This document shows positions 22,806 through 36,670 of a stretch of 64,000 nt of DNA, piece by piece. The notes under the pieces were generated by a model. That model was not told where the DNA came from and searched no databases. It worked only from the letters and a program-made list of their open reading frames with translations. Positions within the stretch are counted from its first letter, which is position 1; each line of letters starts with the position of its first letter. The stretch spans positions 57,659-121,658 of the forward strand of contig ADNK01000566.1 in NCBI GenBank assembly GCA_000320545.1. Direction: 5' to 3'. The position numbers and the translations under genes are program-made. This DNA comes from Bigelowiella natans CCMP2755. Lineage: Eukaryota; Protista; Cercozoa.

Positions 22806-24000
22806 CTGCAATGTCTCTGCCCTCCAGTGTGATCGATTTTTGTCGCCGCACAAGTCCGTCAAACCCGGTAACGACGGGGTTGTGAACAGTGCAGCGCTTT
22901 GCGACGCGCTTTCATGAGCAGCAGGCAGTTGCAGTTGGTCAAATGAAAGTCATCAGAACTTATCCGATGGCCAAACCTGAAAAAATGACCGAAATGTTGA
23001 CCAAAATGTCCATTTTCAAGGCCTCAAAGTGTGATGAAAATTCACACCCGTTGTGCAGCGGATGCACGCTGCGCGTTTGTTCTCTGCCACATTTTGAATG
23101 CTTTTGCGTGTGCGTTTGACCAAACGTGATGTGCACGAAAATTTTCAAAGAAATGCGAGCAAATCCAATGTCCATTGCATCACATGACGCGCGCAAAAGC
23201 TTCCAAATGCACATTCCAGCGATTCGTCATGTCACAGGTTTGACGGACTTGTGCGGGTCCGGGTGCTTGCATGCGTTGACCGCGCATTGTTTGTTGGCCT
23301 CGTGCTAGCGTGTTCTTCCTGAGAAGCGATGTGGATGTAAATTTCTCAAAGCAGAATTTGAATGAATGTGACATTCGATGTGATGTCATTGTGCAATCCA
23401 TGCACACATTTCGCATGCCAGCATGCATGCCGAAATCAGACCATGCATGCGTGGTGGCGCATGTGACTAGGTGACATGGCATGCGGCGGCGCATGCAACA
23501 CGTGCACTGCTTTGCTGCTAGACCATCAGACATGCTAGCTAGCTAGCATGCCCAAATGCATGGAGTGCTGGCTAGCTGGTGTGAATGGCATTGTTGCACA
23601 CATGCTGCACGTTCCTGCCAAAATGTAACTGCATCTTTTGCAGCGCAGGTTTCATCAAGCTGGCCTAGAACAGATCTGGAGCTGCGTGCACACGCATTGT
23701 TGTGTGCAAACATTAAATGGTGCTGCCACAGTCTGCAGAACGCAACATGCAGCAATGTCACACATCTCGATCAAACCCTGCAATGTGAAGCTAGCGCGAC
23801 AGCCTGCAATGTGAAGCTAGCGCGCTGTCGCGCGCAAACTGTGCGGCCGCGCACCCACGGCGCCGGCCGGGCTGATATTTTGCAAATGAACAAATTGAAC
23901 ATTGTGTTGGAGTCGAATGCCTCCCCTCTTTACACAGCATTCCATCATGGAGGAAGCTGCCTGCTTCCAAGACTTCTTCTTTCCGTCAATATCTGTGCGC

Positions 24001-24185
24001 TTACAACTGTGAATTGTACATGAGAGGCCATTCTTGATCATCGTCGTCTGTGGTCTTCGAGTCAAAATTGACGTGATTCTGCAAAAAGAGGGAGGTGGTA
24101 GGCGAGTATCTTCCTGCCACAATACGACCTGTAGCTTCAACAAACACACAAATATACACACAAATAAACACACACACACACACAT

Positions 24186-24231
<46 letters not shown>

Positions 24232-25814
24232 GTATACAATAGCACCCATATTACGAATATATATCCCCCCCCCACACACATACACACACTACGAGTATTG
24301 TAATCTTCTGCCCACCTCCCCCACAGCTGGAATGGTCTAAGCTGGCAGACGCTGAAATGCCTAACACCATCATCATCACCGTCGTCGTCGTCGTCATCAT
24401 CTTGATAGCTATTAATAATGTACGTTGTGTTCTGTTGGTCGATTCCCTAAACTCACCTTTGCTGCTGAGAACCCTCAAAGGCGCTGGGTATTTGGATGAT
24501 CCAGGCTGTGCAACCCCCGAAGGAGAACAGAAAGGAGTCGTCGCTGTCGTCGCCGGTGTTTTATGTTGAGACGTTGTGGTTCTTGTCGTGGTTGACGTCG
24601 TTCTTATTGCTCCTGTTGTCGAAGGTGAGGAGGAGGAGGATGATGATGATGATAATGATGACGATGCTAGAATAGACAGTTGTTGCTGCTCTCTTTGTTG
24701 TCGTCGTTTGGAGAGCTGTTGACGGTTCGCCTTTACCCTACCACTTCTATCTCCTCTTCTTTCTTCTTTCCCTTCTCTTGCTGGGATAATAATAGCTTTG
24801 TCGTCGTCATGATCATCATCATCATCATCATCATCATTATCGTAAGCGTTGCCGTCTTGCTGCTTCTTCAAACTCATCACAGATGACACACAAGACGACG
24901 ATGAGAATGACACTAATGACGGCGATAGGGTAATCTGCGCGCGTTCGTCGTTGCTGCTGCTACTTCTGCTTCTGCTATTGTAGCTCCAGCCGCAATCGAC
25001 GGCAGCACCAGTAGTAGTGCGGTCTGCTGGGGTTGTAGACTCCCTCATCAGCAGCATCCTCCCTGATGTATTCTTTGCATGATAATGACCATTGTTCATA
25101 TCTGAGAAGAGCTTCTTCCTCCTATTGCAAATCGATTTTCCCACTCTCCTCACCCTGTTACGTTCCAAAACAACGTTTCGTCTACCCTTCTCATGATCTC
25201 CTCCTCCTCCTCCTCCTCCTCCTCCTCCTCCTCCTTCTCTGTGATTCCCAGCATCCAACCCCCTCTCTGTCTGTCTCGTTTTAAAAAATATTGTCGTCAT
25301 CACGGCCTCATGATCGTTATCTTGTGCTCTAAAAGTGGTATCATCCATTGCCGAGGTTACGTAGTATTGACACTTAATAGCAGCAGCAGCAGCAGGAGGA
25401 GGAGGAGAAGAAGTAGGAGAATGGTGGGAAGTACACCTCATCTTCTTCGTTACGCGGAAGTCTCTTCTTCCTCCTCCTCCTCGATCATACTCTCGCCTAT
25501 CATCTGCTCCTCCTCCCTCTCTTCTTCTTTCTCCTCCTCCTCCTCCTCCTCCTCCTCCTCCTCCTCCTCCTCCTCTGGATGCTACATCTCTTCTCCGCCT
25601 CCCCTTATGTGGTGGGGGGAAAGGGGGTGCCGATGAGATGTCTTTGGCACTTGAGCTGGAGCTGATATCAGTGGGTAAAGAGGTAGAAGTAGTAGTAGCA
25701 GCAGCAGCAGCAGTAGTAGTAGTCGTTGGGCTTGGCTGCTGCCTCCGCACGGGTGATAACCGCACGTAGAAACTGATGAGTGATGATAACAACAGACAGA
25801 ACATCACACGCACC

Positions 25815-25857
<43 letters not shown>

Positions 25858-27384
25858 ACACACCATTAACAACAACAACAACAACGAATGACGACGACAT
25901 CAACGACCAACAACATGAATAATGAAGCGGAGGCTAGGAAAGCAGGAAGGTGAATAGCATTGGGTTAGTTGCTGGAGGATGAGTTTCATTCATTCGTGCG
26001 TTCTCAGTGTGCATCCTTCGGTGATGACGACATGGACTGTGTGTATTTTTAACAGTCAAAAAGCATAAAATATCCTAAATAAATGTATATCAAGGAAATG
26101 CTAGCTTTCCTTCCTTCCTTCTTCTCGTCTCCTCTTCACATCCTCCCCCCCCCTCTCCTCTCTCCAATCTAGCTACATATAGACTGGCAAAATCCACCGC
26201 AACTTCTACGTGACTCGTTCGGCGACATAACGTCATGTATTATGTTTCTTCCAATTCTAGAGCCCCCTCCATCCCAATACTCTTTCCTTTCTCCCCTGCC
26301 CTCGCTGCCTTCCTCTCACCCATATTCGTGCGTGTAGCGAGCAATGCTTCCGTGGTGTTGATTGGAGGCCCCACGCATTCTGAGGAAGCACTCAACCAGC
26401 GTCATACGATCTTCCCCCGTCTCCCATGTCCACACATCGCAGCACTCGCCTGCTACAGACGGATTCTCGCCCCACAGCGAGCCAATGGCGGTGTAGAATA
26501 CGCTCCCTACGAACGATGGATTATAACTGTGATGATGATGATGATAACGATATAATTGGGTTGACCTCCTCCTCCGCAACCCTCCTCATCCCACCACCAC
26601 CACTCCCACCATCGACATCGTCGATGACGTCTCTATCAACAAAGGTGAGATACATCCATAAGCATCCCCTCGCACTTACCAGTGGTTTCGCCTCTAAAAC
26701 AGAGGATGATTAGTATTTCGCCATTCTTCCACACTCCCTTTCCCCTTGAGTGCTCGAGCTGTATCCTGAGCGAATCCCCGGGAGAACGGAACTTTTCAAT
26801 CTCGCACTTCCTGTGCCCTGCAGGGAAGCCCTTCAACCCGTACGTTAGCGTGGAAAACAGCGTAAGCGATTCTCCTGATGAGTGCAATACATGCAACCAT
26901 AATTGAAAGACGAAGTAGGAGAGGGCGGGGGGGGGGGGGGGGGGGTGGGGATTTTGGGTTAAAATTCGTCGATTATACCTGTCTGATTATCAATATGGAC
27001 CCGCCGATTCACCGCCCCCTCTCGTTGTTCATGTGCAGCATTTTGCTGCTGCTGCTGCTTTGAGCAAGACTGGCCATGCCCTCCTCCTCCTCCTCCTCCA
27101 CCTCCACCACCTCCTCCTCTTCCTCCTTCCATTCTTAGTTGTCGTCGTTGCGGAGGCATGCCAGCCGGTAGCTGCTCTGGGTACTTTGCATTTTTGAAAA
27201 GGCCGCTGCTAATGTAGCAGCTATCAACCCCACCACCATCATCTCTCTCCTGCGCATGAAACCACTCCTGAGGGGTGTATGGAGAAGTATGTAGTTGTTA
27301 TGGTTGGTAGTTCTATTGATACTTGACTAAACGTCACCTCGTCTGCTGATATATGACGACGAGTACTTACATCCCCACTGGTTG

Positions 27385-27425
<41 letters not shown>

Positions 27426-27545
27426 ATGGTTACCTGCGTGACGCTATTCCCCTTGTTGTTATGCCATCGACGCCCCTTTCTAAAGAGCCTCGCAACATTC
27501 ACCCAGTTTATGATACTAATGAGCTTCCAGAAGGGCTTTCTGAAT

Positions 27546-27579
<34 letters not shown>

Positions 27580-27591
27580 GTCCAGTAGTAG

Positions 27592-27626
<35 letters not shown>

Positions 27627-28852
27627 ACAACACGTATTAGAGGCTATAGAATGATAGTTTACACTGATCCAATATTAATATGATCCTTATTATCCAAAGG
27701 CTGTTACGTGTGCGGCGATGAAGAATGCAGCGACCAACTCACTCCTCCCGCTACCCTCCTTCACCTCCTCACTCTAGTTGAGAAGCCTGCTAGTTATTAT
27801 AGACCTGTAGTCATAGAGGGTGGTGCGAAGCAACCGAAAGATATCGCTCATGCCGAGACGCTCCGCTGGCAGCCTCAAATCCAGCTTCGAGAGCTTTCCG
27901 TTGGGTAGAAATTCGTCGATCTTTCCCGTGTAGACATATAGACAACAAACAAAACGTTCAACATTATTTCTTCTACCACACACACATACGCGCGCGCGCG
28001 CGCGCGCAGGCGGGCATGAGCTTGCTTACCACATATCCCGTGAGCTTTCCTCTGATCTTTTCTGATTGGGCAAAAACCAGTGAAATGACCAATTCCACAG
28101 ATGGAGTAGGGCAAACGCTTCCTCCCACGTGGCCATATGTACGGAAGGAGCATGCCAGTTGATGTTGGTTATCGCCTATGCGATCACCGCTTCGCGAGTG
28201 AGCTCCGTCTCTCCCCTCCGTTTTTTTCTTGTCGGCCATGTTTATAGCAACGTCCTCCTCCTCCTCGAGATGGAGTGTGTAGGAGTTGAGATTGTCAAAG
28301 CAGTGACAGCTGATGGCATGGCTCGCTGCAGTCGGCAGCACAATTTGTAAATCCCAGCTGTTAGGATCCATCCTAGCATCCGTTACCGTGATTCTTCTTC
28401 TTCTTCTATACTTTTCCCTTCAAAGCAACGCGGGTACAGAACAAGTGGAGCGAGATAGGGGGGGGGGGGTTTGGGTGAGAAAGAGAAAAATATAGGAGAT
28501 CAGAGTGCTAGAGTTGTTTGCGGCAGTATTCGGTTTTCTCGTTGGTATATAGGCTGCCTAGGCTGATTCATTGTTTTCCTCACGCTAACGACGATATCAT
28601 CATCATCCACTCGCACGCACTACTACCAGTTACTGCTGCTAGGAAAGAGTAAGTCAACTCGAAATCTGAGACATTCCATCTGCTGCTGCTGCATGGTCTC
28701 GAGGCACGCTGCGTAGCTAGCAGTATTCAGATACGTGGTACCGTGTTGTGCATATAATGGGCAATAAACACTTAGCTTCGAGTTAATATACTTACAGAGG
28801 AGCATCGGATGGTGATTTCATTGTCATCAGTTTTTTAATCATCAACATACCA

Positions 28853-28896
<44 letters not shown>

Positions 28897-29024
28897 ACTA
28901 CTACCATCCATCTAATTGTTGGTGTAACAATACATGAATAACGAGTCTCCTCATTTTATAAGTCGATGCAGCTGGAATGTATACGTGGACAGGTAATATA
29001 TGTGTGTGTGTGTGTGTCTGTGTG

Positions 29025-29068
<44 letters not shown>

Positions 29069-30680
29069 ATTGTAACTGAGGACGACGAGACCTACCCTTG
29101 AAGGAGGAGAGGCCTAAGAGCTCCCCCATCGATACGAATGGTTAGGCGAGGTTCTACGTTGTACGCTTCCAAAAACATTCCCATCACCTTCCGGAGCCTC
29201 CTGACTTTGTCATTATCCTCCTCTTCTTCCTCTACGCCACGCCCGATTACCGTGGGGGGGGGCTCGCAGAAGTACCTGATGAAAAATCAAGTTTTACATT
29301 TTGTGACTTTCCATTGTTTACATCTGCTATATGTAAAATATGATATTTGCATAAAATAAATATATAGTTGGTGAGTGATCAATTCAAATATTCCTCTTAC
29401 TCACCCTGTTTCCATGTACGTAATATTGTTGACCTGATAGGTGGTGGAATCTTATTCTTCGCCACAGCCTGCTGCTGTCGGCAAAACGATGATCTTGTCG
29501 CGTTCCCGTACCAATTGTCAGGATGATGGTTTGGATGATAATAACGATGGTGATTCATGCGCTGCAGATACTCTCCAATTTGGCCGAAATTAGAGTCAGG
29601 CGCTGAGACAGAATGAAGAAGAGGAGCAAACTGATAGGGAAGATATTGCAGTGAGGGGTAAATTGGGCGCGAAGTTGCTATAAAAGCTGGATGATAATGA
29701 TACTGCTGCTGAGAACGGTACCGATGCCTGTGAAATATGATGATGATGATGATGATGATGATGATAATGATACTGATGGTGGTGACGATGACAACGGCTT
29801 TTTGCTGTGTTGATAATGCATTCGCAGGGCAATGATAGCCGAGTGATTACACACCTAGCCGAGGGATTACACATCTTTCCCTCTTCCTATACTGGATTAG
29901 ATTAGTCGAGCTGCATATAGTAGTTATTCTCTAATTTTACGCATATCGGCTACTACCGTAAGTCGGAAAGGTGGGTCAAATGCGTCTTTTGTGTCGATAG
30001 AAAGCGGCGTTGATCAAGAAACTTCTGGGGTTTTTTTGCCAGTCGAATGTCATCTAAGAGTTCCTGGTATTTTTTGCGAAAATGCTCGCAGCGATTCAGA
30101 AAGTGGCGGCACCATATTGTTTTGAAGTACCTAAGAAAAATTGTACGAAGATTCGTTAAGACAAGGATGGGGATGCAGGAATTATACACCAGTTTCACGC
30201 ATTATTTCCGTTGGAAAAAGAAGGGATTACAATTTAGATAGAATTAATTTGTTCATATATTTGTTACTACTTGGACAGTTTGAGGGATAGCATCCTTGGC
30301 CTGGATGATTTCCCCTTCCGCTCTAAGCAGCCAAAGGGACATCTATATTCCAGGAGTGGTGGCACAGGGTCTAATCGGTCACCGCCTCCGGTATCTTCGC
30401 CAACTATTGAGGTGTTTCTCCTCCCTTGTAGATCCATATAATTACAGTTTTTACTCCGAGCCAGTCGAAGTTTTTCGAACTTGGCCTCCCATTCGTTCAG
30501 CTCATTCCGAAATTGTATCAGCTGTTCCTTCTTCGCTGCTAACGTGGCATCGTTCCAATGCCTTAGGGCTCGTGCATCTTGGAGCTTTTGGTCCAGAAAG
30601 ATGTCGTCGTAGAAGAGCAGAGTCTGCACTGTCTTCGGAACAACATGGCGAGCTCTCCATGCAGGGTTATTTGTTGTCAT
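24001..30680 (-). CDS. Large multi-exon hypothetical protein with extensive low-complexity tracts (may be more than one gene)
   Basis: Chain of minus-strand coding segments (30267-30680, 29953-30130, 29100-29275, 28150-28370, 27774-27930, 26636-26896, 26316-26530, 24400-25750) with GT/AG borders and SSR-filled introns. No family recognised. Confidence 0.55.
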
Positions 30681-31125
30681 TTGCAAGCTCTTCGAGTTCC
30701 CCCCCGTCTTCTCAGTTCAGCCGCATCATTGGCGGAGGTTGGTCTAGCTGGTCTCGTGTTTCAGTAGCTGCTTGCCGTTGTTGGCATGTAGTGAGGCTCG
30801 GCTCTGACTTGACACACAGCACGCAGCAGATGGTGCTCGAACAACAAAATTCTTTGAAAGCAGGCGGATGCGAGGGCAATTTCTCGGCGAATGACATGCC
30901 CCGTTCTTGTCGCTCGTTCGAAATCCGTGAGATCTTCCAGAAGAGCACTGCAGTCGTATGTAGTGGTTTCGCCTATTATTTAATTATTTCGAACGGTAGA
31001 TGATATCTAGATGAGGTGAGATGAGACTGTGACGCTAACTATTTTTCTGACAATGATTATGATGATGTCGCAGCCAATAAATATAGGTTATTTTTATTTA
31101 TTCGTATCATTATTCTTGGAAAGGA

Positions 31126-32094
31126 ATGCCAACGGACCCGAATGGCCGTCTCCTGCCAATCGCCCTCAGCGTCCTTGCTGTGCTCTGCATACACATAAAC
31201 AGTAGCGCTATCGTTGGCTCACTGAGTACGGGGGGCGCTACTGGAAGGAGCATGCAGGTACGACGTTGGCCTTTGAAAGTCAAATCTGCTGTCAGCACTC
31301 AGTTCCGAACGATTCGATCCACAATTTCGGATTTGAGCTACCACATTGCAAACGGGCCTTCAAAGGGTTCCTCATTCCCTTTCAATTTAAATGAGGACAC
31401 CAATACAAGGATACCATTCCACTCTAAAAGCCAAAAGGGACAGATTCTTGCTCATACTGCGTGGCCCGAAGGCGACAGCGATGAAAAATTACCACTTCTC
31501 ATCCTCATCCACGAGTTCTTTGGACTAAACCCGTCGATAATAGATAAGGCTGATGCACTTGCAAAGAAGCTCAATTGTGTTGTCATTGCGCCGGATACTT
31601 TCCGTGGAGTCAGCACAACATTCATTCCCAGGGCAATCTGGTTGGCCCTCTCAACTCCTCAACAGCGGGTAAACGACGACATTGACACCGTTGTTGATTG
31701 GGCCTCAGAACATGGAAAGATAGACAGCTCTCGAATCGCTTTGATGGGATTTTGCTATGGTGGTGGAAAGGCTATCCGATATACGACTCAGAGACTCCCA
31801 ATAGCAGCTACAGTAATATGTTACGGATCTCCAGTTACAGACCCAGACACATTAAAGAATCTGAAGGCTCCTGTATGCGGTGTATATGGAAGTCTTGATC
31901 CACAGTTTCCGCCTTCTGTTTTATCCAATTTTAGGGCTGGATTAAATCAGGCTGGAATTCAACACAAATTAGAGGTGTACGATGGAGTAGGACATGCCTT
32001 TTGGGCTAATATGGACCAAATTACGCGCGGCCAAAAGCCACAGATTGATGCATGGAACCAATGCATTGGCTTTTTAAGAACTTTTTTTGAATGA
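31126..32094 (+). CDS. Dienelactone hydrolase family (carboxymethylenebutenolidase-like), intronless, signal+transit-type leader
   Basis: LIHEFFGLN, APD, nucleophile motif MGFCYGG, YGSLDP, EVYDGVGHAF. N-terminal hydrophobic signal followed by an S/R-rich segment. Confidence 0.93.
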   Translation: MPTDPNGRLLPIALSVLAVLCIHINSSAIVGSLSTGGATGRSMQVRRWPLKVKSAVSTQFRTIRSTISDLSYHIANGPSKGSSFPFNLNEDTNTRIPFHSKSQKGQILAHTAWPEGDSDEKLPLLILIHEFFGLNPSIIDKADALAKKLNCVVIAPDTFRGVSTTFIPRAIWLALSTPQQRVNDDIDTVVDWASEHGKIDSSRIALMGFCYGGGKAIRYTTQRLPIAATVICYGSPVTDPDTLKNLKAPVCGVYGSLDPQFPPSVLSNFRAGLNQAGIQHKLEVYDGVGHAFWANMDQITRGQKPQIDAWNQCIGFLRTFFE

Positions 32095-34528
32095 TGTATT
32101 TTTTTACATGACCATCCCAAAATTGATACACAGAGCGCAGGTTGGGTTTGTCGCATCTCGGAGCCCTAGCTAGCTAGACATGCGTCAATGCACCGCTTTT
32201 GTGAAGTGCAAGCCGTTCTCGTGCGATGTGACTCACGCCGAGCCGTCAACTGACTTGAATTATGCAACCGCACGATGTGTTCACAGTTGCGCATTCCTTA
32301 GCCGCATTTGAAGTATTGTGCTCTTTCATCACTTGTGCACATCTGGATCGATGGTCGTACATTCATCATTGTAAGATGCTGCCTGCGCACATTCACATCT
32401 AGCTTTCGATATGCGATGATGGTGCCACAGCTAGGCAATACAGGGGGGCGGGGTAACTGTATACTGCTACAGCTAAACCATCATTAGGGAAGGGGGGGTT
32501 TACTGCACTTAGCGCGATGTGTATTTCGCGCCGATGATGTCACAGCTCGTAAGACGGCATAAGCCACACTAGGTTGGTGCTCATCGATTGAAGGCATGAA
32601 TGATTTTAAAACAATGATGAGACCATTGAAATTGAACAAACCACGGGAGACATTGTAAATGGAAATTGGTTGGTTGTAGCTTGCTTAGTAGCTTGTCCCT
32701 CGAATGATCCAAGCTACAAGAAGTATTTTTTTGACAAGTTTGATAGTACAAACACCCTGCCGTAAAACATGGTACACTAAATTTCAGTAGACTGTAGTGC
32801 AATAAATGACGTGAATATTACGCAATTAGCGAAAGCCTCGCCGTTTCCATGTCCAGACATACATCAGGAAACAATAAGTTCGCGTTGCAAGGATCACCTA
32901 AGACCTATTGGATGGAAATATTAAAATTCAATTTTAAAGTATTGGTGTTCAATAAAACCTGAAACGTGACAAAGGAAGCTCCTAGCATCGCCGAAAGGAT
33001 GTTCCAACGTAATTCGTCATGAAGCACTTCTTTTCCCTTTGAGTGAAACATTGAGGGCATTATTTCATAACTCAAGTCTATCAATGGTGCGTATTCATCT
33101 TTATGTGTTTTACAACATTTATTGCGAAAAGTCCTCCACATCCGCCAATAGTGCCACATATTATGGGTCCAGTAAGGCTAAGACCACCTAGTCGCTCCCA
33201 TACCTGAAATGGACGCAGAACTCATCATTGGCATCATCAGCTTCCATAATTTGTCAAAAAATTTGCCTTTTCAGTACTCGTGCAGACCGAATTTGCACGG
33301 AAGGTTTCTTCAAGTAATATCCAGACTTCATTCACTGAATAAAGGGGGAAAGTATTTGCTCCTTGTTCCGGGACTTCATTCTGTATAACAACGGATGGGC
33401 TACCTATGGGGAGATTGTAGAAGTGTGCCATTCTTTTTCCAGGAAAAACGAAGAATAGGAACCAAAACATCTGTCAGATCAGAGAGGGGTGAGTGCAGAT
33501 TCATTAGATGTTCATGTGGAGAGATGAGTACCACAGATAGCAGTATGCAAGGATCACTTCGTACTGGAAGTATGGGTTCTCCGATCTGAGATGGTTATAA
33601 TTCTATCTTTATGAATGGCTTATTAAATGTTAGAGCCATGCAAACCCCGATGTACCATAATGGGAACGATTATCCCTCCTCCAAATCCTGTAAGCACCAG
33701 CCTTACGATTTGAAACGCCCATGTGCCTTCTTCACTCTACGGAAGTATATGAGATATTGGATTGCAAACTCTTCTTTTCCAGGAGAATGATTGGGCAAGC
33801 ACCTTCGGAAGTTTCGCAATCTGATTGCACGCCTTTGCACACCGGCCTGCCATACATATGAGCAGCTAGGCCGCCCCACATAAACCAATTTTCACAAATA
33901 GGATCTTAGAGTTTAATCTTGCTTTATGCAAACTTGCTGGCTCACCCTATTTAAAAGATGCAAGGGAGGTCAAAGGGGTGCCTACCGCGTATCTTTGCTT
34001 GTAAAGCAGAAAGTTTTTGAGAAGCGTAGCCCCCACGTCGTCGCCACTGGTCATCGTTCCGAGGAAGAGCTTTTGGCAGGAACGGATAATCAGGAGCGGA
34101 TAATCTTCCATGTTTCATTCGGATATAGATCCGATAAATTACATCGTTATACACGTGCTCGATGACCTCATCTATGGCCAGGATAATAGTGCATTGGTGA
34201 ATTGGGAGGGTAGTAGTCCCGATAGTTTAGGGGTTAATTGTTGCCTGACATCAGCATTGAGTAGCTTTGGCAAATCCGTTGATAATATCCTTGACATCAC
34301 ATTCCAATTTTATAAAGCGACAAGGATTCTAGCTTGTCGCAGAATGAAAGATGAACGGCTTCCCATTTTACTTCAGTGAAACCGACTCACCACCCCTGTA
34401 TTGCTGTGTAATCGTATCGGTTATTATCGGGTTGGGGGGTAAGATAAAGGTATTACGGCCGGATGGAATACAGTTCAAATAAACCCTTTCATTCACACTT
34501 CTCTTGCTTTGTTATTTCACGCAGAAGT

Positions 34529-36545
34529 ATGTCCAACGCTGTCCAAGGGAACCCAGTGGACCTACAGGTGCAATGATTATAAAGAAAGATTCAAATTGGA
34601 GGGTGACAATTTCTATTCTCATATTCGAAAGAAAACCTTGGGAAAGGGCGGCAAGAAGACTGGGCTCTCATCAAAACATAGAGGATCGCGTTCGAGACAT
34701 AAACTGTATAATTACACACACGCAACACAAACACAAACACGTACAGGAAAAAATAGATACACACACACACACATTATGGGACAGATGCTGCATCCATTCA
34801 TGACCAACCATCCTTCCAATAGATTGTCATCTTTCTTATCAACCTACATATTTTTTTTAAAAATAAACAGCGCCAAGAAATCACGAGCAAAAACTGTGGC
34901 AAGAGCCGCTGCAGATAATAGCGCAGATCGTGTCAGAGGTCATTCATTTATTACCATTATGCAATCAATGCTTCCCAGGAGTTAACATTTCTTAAATTTT
35001 TGTTTTGAAAGTTCTGCTGAATGGCAAGGCATCTGTGAATAAACAGGATGCGACAGGCAGCTGCGCTATTCATTGGGCCGCTAGGTCCGACTACATCCCG
35101 TACACCCCCTATTATTCCATATAAATATTTCTGCGTTCTATGCACACATATGATAATTTCTCACTTTAGCACACGCATTCGTGTATTATCTGTATTTACC
35201 TGTTAAAGAGTTGGTTCTTTCCTCATTAGTTTTCAAAAATAAATCAATTTTCTCCATAAGATTCATGTACATTTACCTGCCAGTTACACAGCTAATAATC
35301 TTTCCCCACACCATCAATTAATCAGGACTGGTAACTGCGATATTATGGATCTTCTAATCGCTGCAAAGGTTTGCCAATATGGTGATGATGTAGTTGCATA
35401 TACTGTGAACACACACCTGTCGATGCGAAGGTCATACTTGGGGAATTCCAACAAACACACCCAAATGTGCACGATACAATCTTATCATTTAAATATCGTC
35501 ATTCATATCGCCGTCTCCTCGAGAGTAGAAATAATGTCACTAACATCTTTAACAGGCAGATTTGGGTGCACGATCTAAAAATTCAAACACTGCTTTTCAT
35601 GAAGCCGCCTGGAAGGGACACAACCCGATAATAGAAATCCTTTTGCGGCACCCTGAAAGTCTCCCGGTGGACATAACAAATAAAGGAGGGGCGACCTGCT
35701 TGCTTTGGGCGGCATGGTTGCTTTTCATTTTAATTTTACCAACAACCTCAATAGCTATGATGAGCTCAACTTTACGGACACACCTACACACACCTATCGC
35801 TGTTCTTGATTGTATTTATCGACCTGTCACCGCTGCTTTTCCCGATAATTTCTCCTTCTTTCTGTAACAATCTACCACCAATGTAAAGGAGAGGGCATGG
35901 AACGACAGCCTCGTTATTGCTTGAATATGGCGCGGACCCGACTATTAGAGATAAAAAAGGTCGCAATCTACAAATCCCAGTTGTAGTAGTAGCGCACATA
36001 GAGTATTTAACGGAATGATGAGCATAAGACACGCAGTAGTCCATCAATGCTTCCATGCATCTTGCATTTGTGGTGATCGATCACCACTACGAGAATAACA
36101 AGCCATACTGATGGAGTTAATATGATGATGATGATGATAATGATAATGATGATCCCAGGGAGGACCGCGAGAGACTTTGCTCGGGCGTACAAGCATTATC
36201 ATATATTCGATATAATAGACCCCGTCATAAAATCCCGCAGCGAAAGCTCAAAGTCACCTGTATCTGCTACTGAAAGTAACAGAAGACAGGAAGGACTCAG
36301 CAAGATTAGGGAAGAAATAAGAGAAGCGGATGCAAACAGACAAAGCAGCGACGATTTGCATCGAGAAGGGAATGGTGAGGGAAAGAAGAATAAGGAAGAG
36401 GCTGGCGACTTGGAGATGGACGATAGCAAAAACACCAAACGTAGAAATAGCGCGAGTGTGGTGGTGGACGATGCTGCTGCTGCTGCCGTTGAAGGTCATT
36501 GACGTGTGTGGGGTTTGTGTCGTTTGCTTTGTTCTTGATTTCCAT

Positions 36546-36587
<42 letters not shown>

Positions 36588-36636
36588 GTTTATATATACA
36601 CACAATTTTATCCATCCAGACACGCGCGTGTCTGTG

Positions 36637-36670
<34 letters not shown>

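Noticed and set aside
30296-31003. 235-aa plus-strand ORF
   Set aside because: Antisense to the first exon of the large minus-strand gene; low-information S/R-rich composition.
33880-34050. Faint resemblance to an SMI1/KNR4-type segment (LSALQAKIRGRHPFDLPCIF)
   Set aside because: Too short and flanked by stops; not supportable without a profile search.
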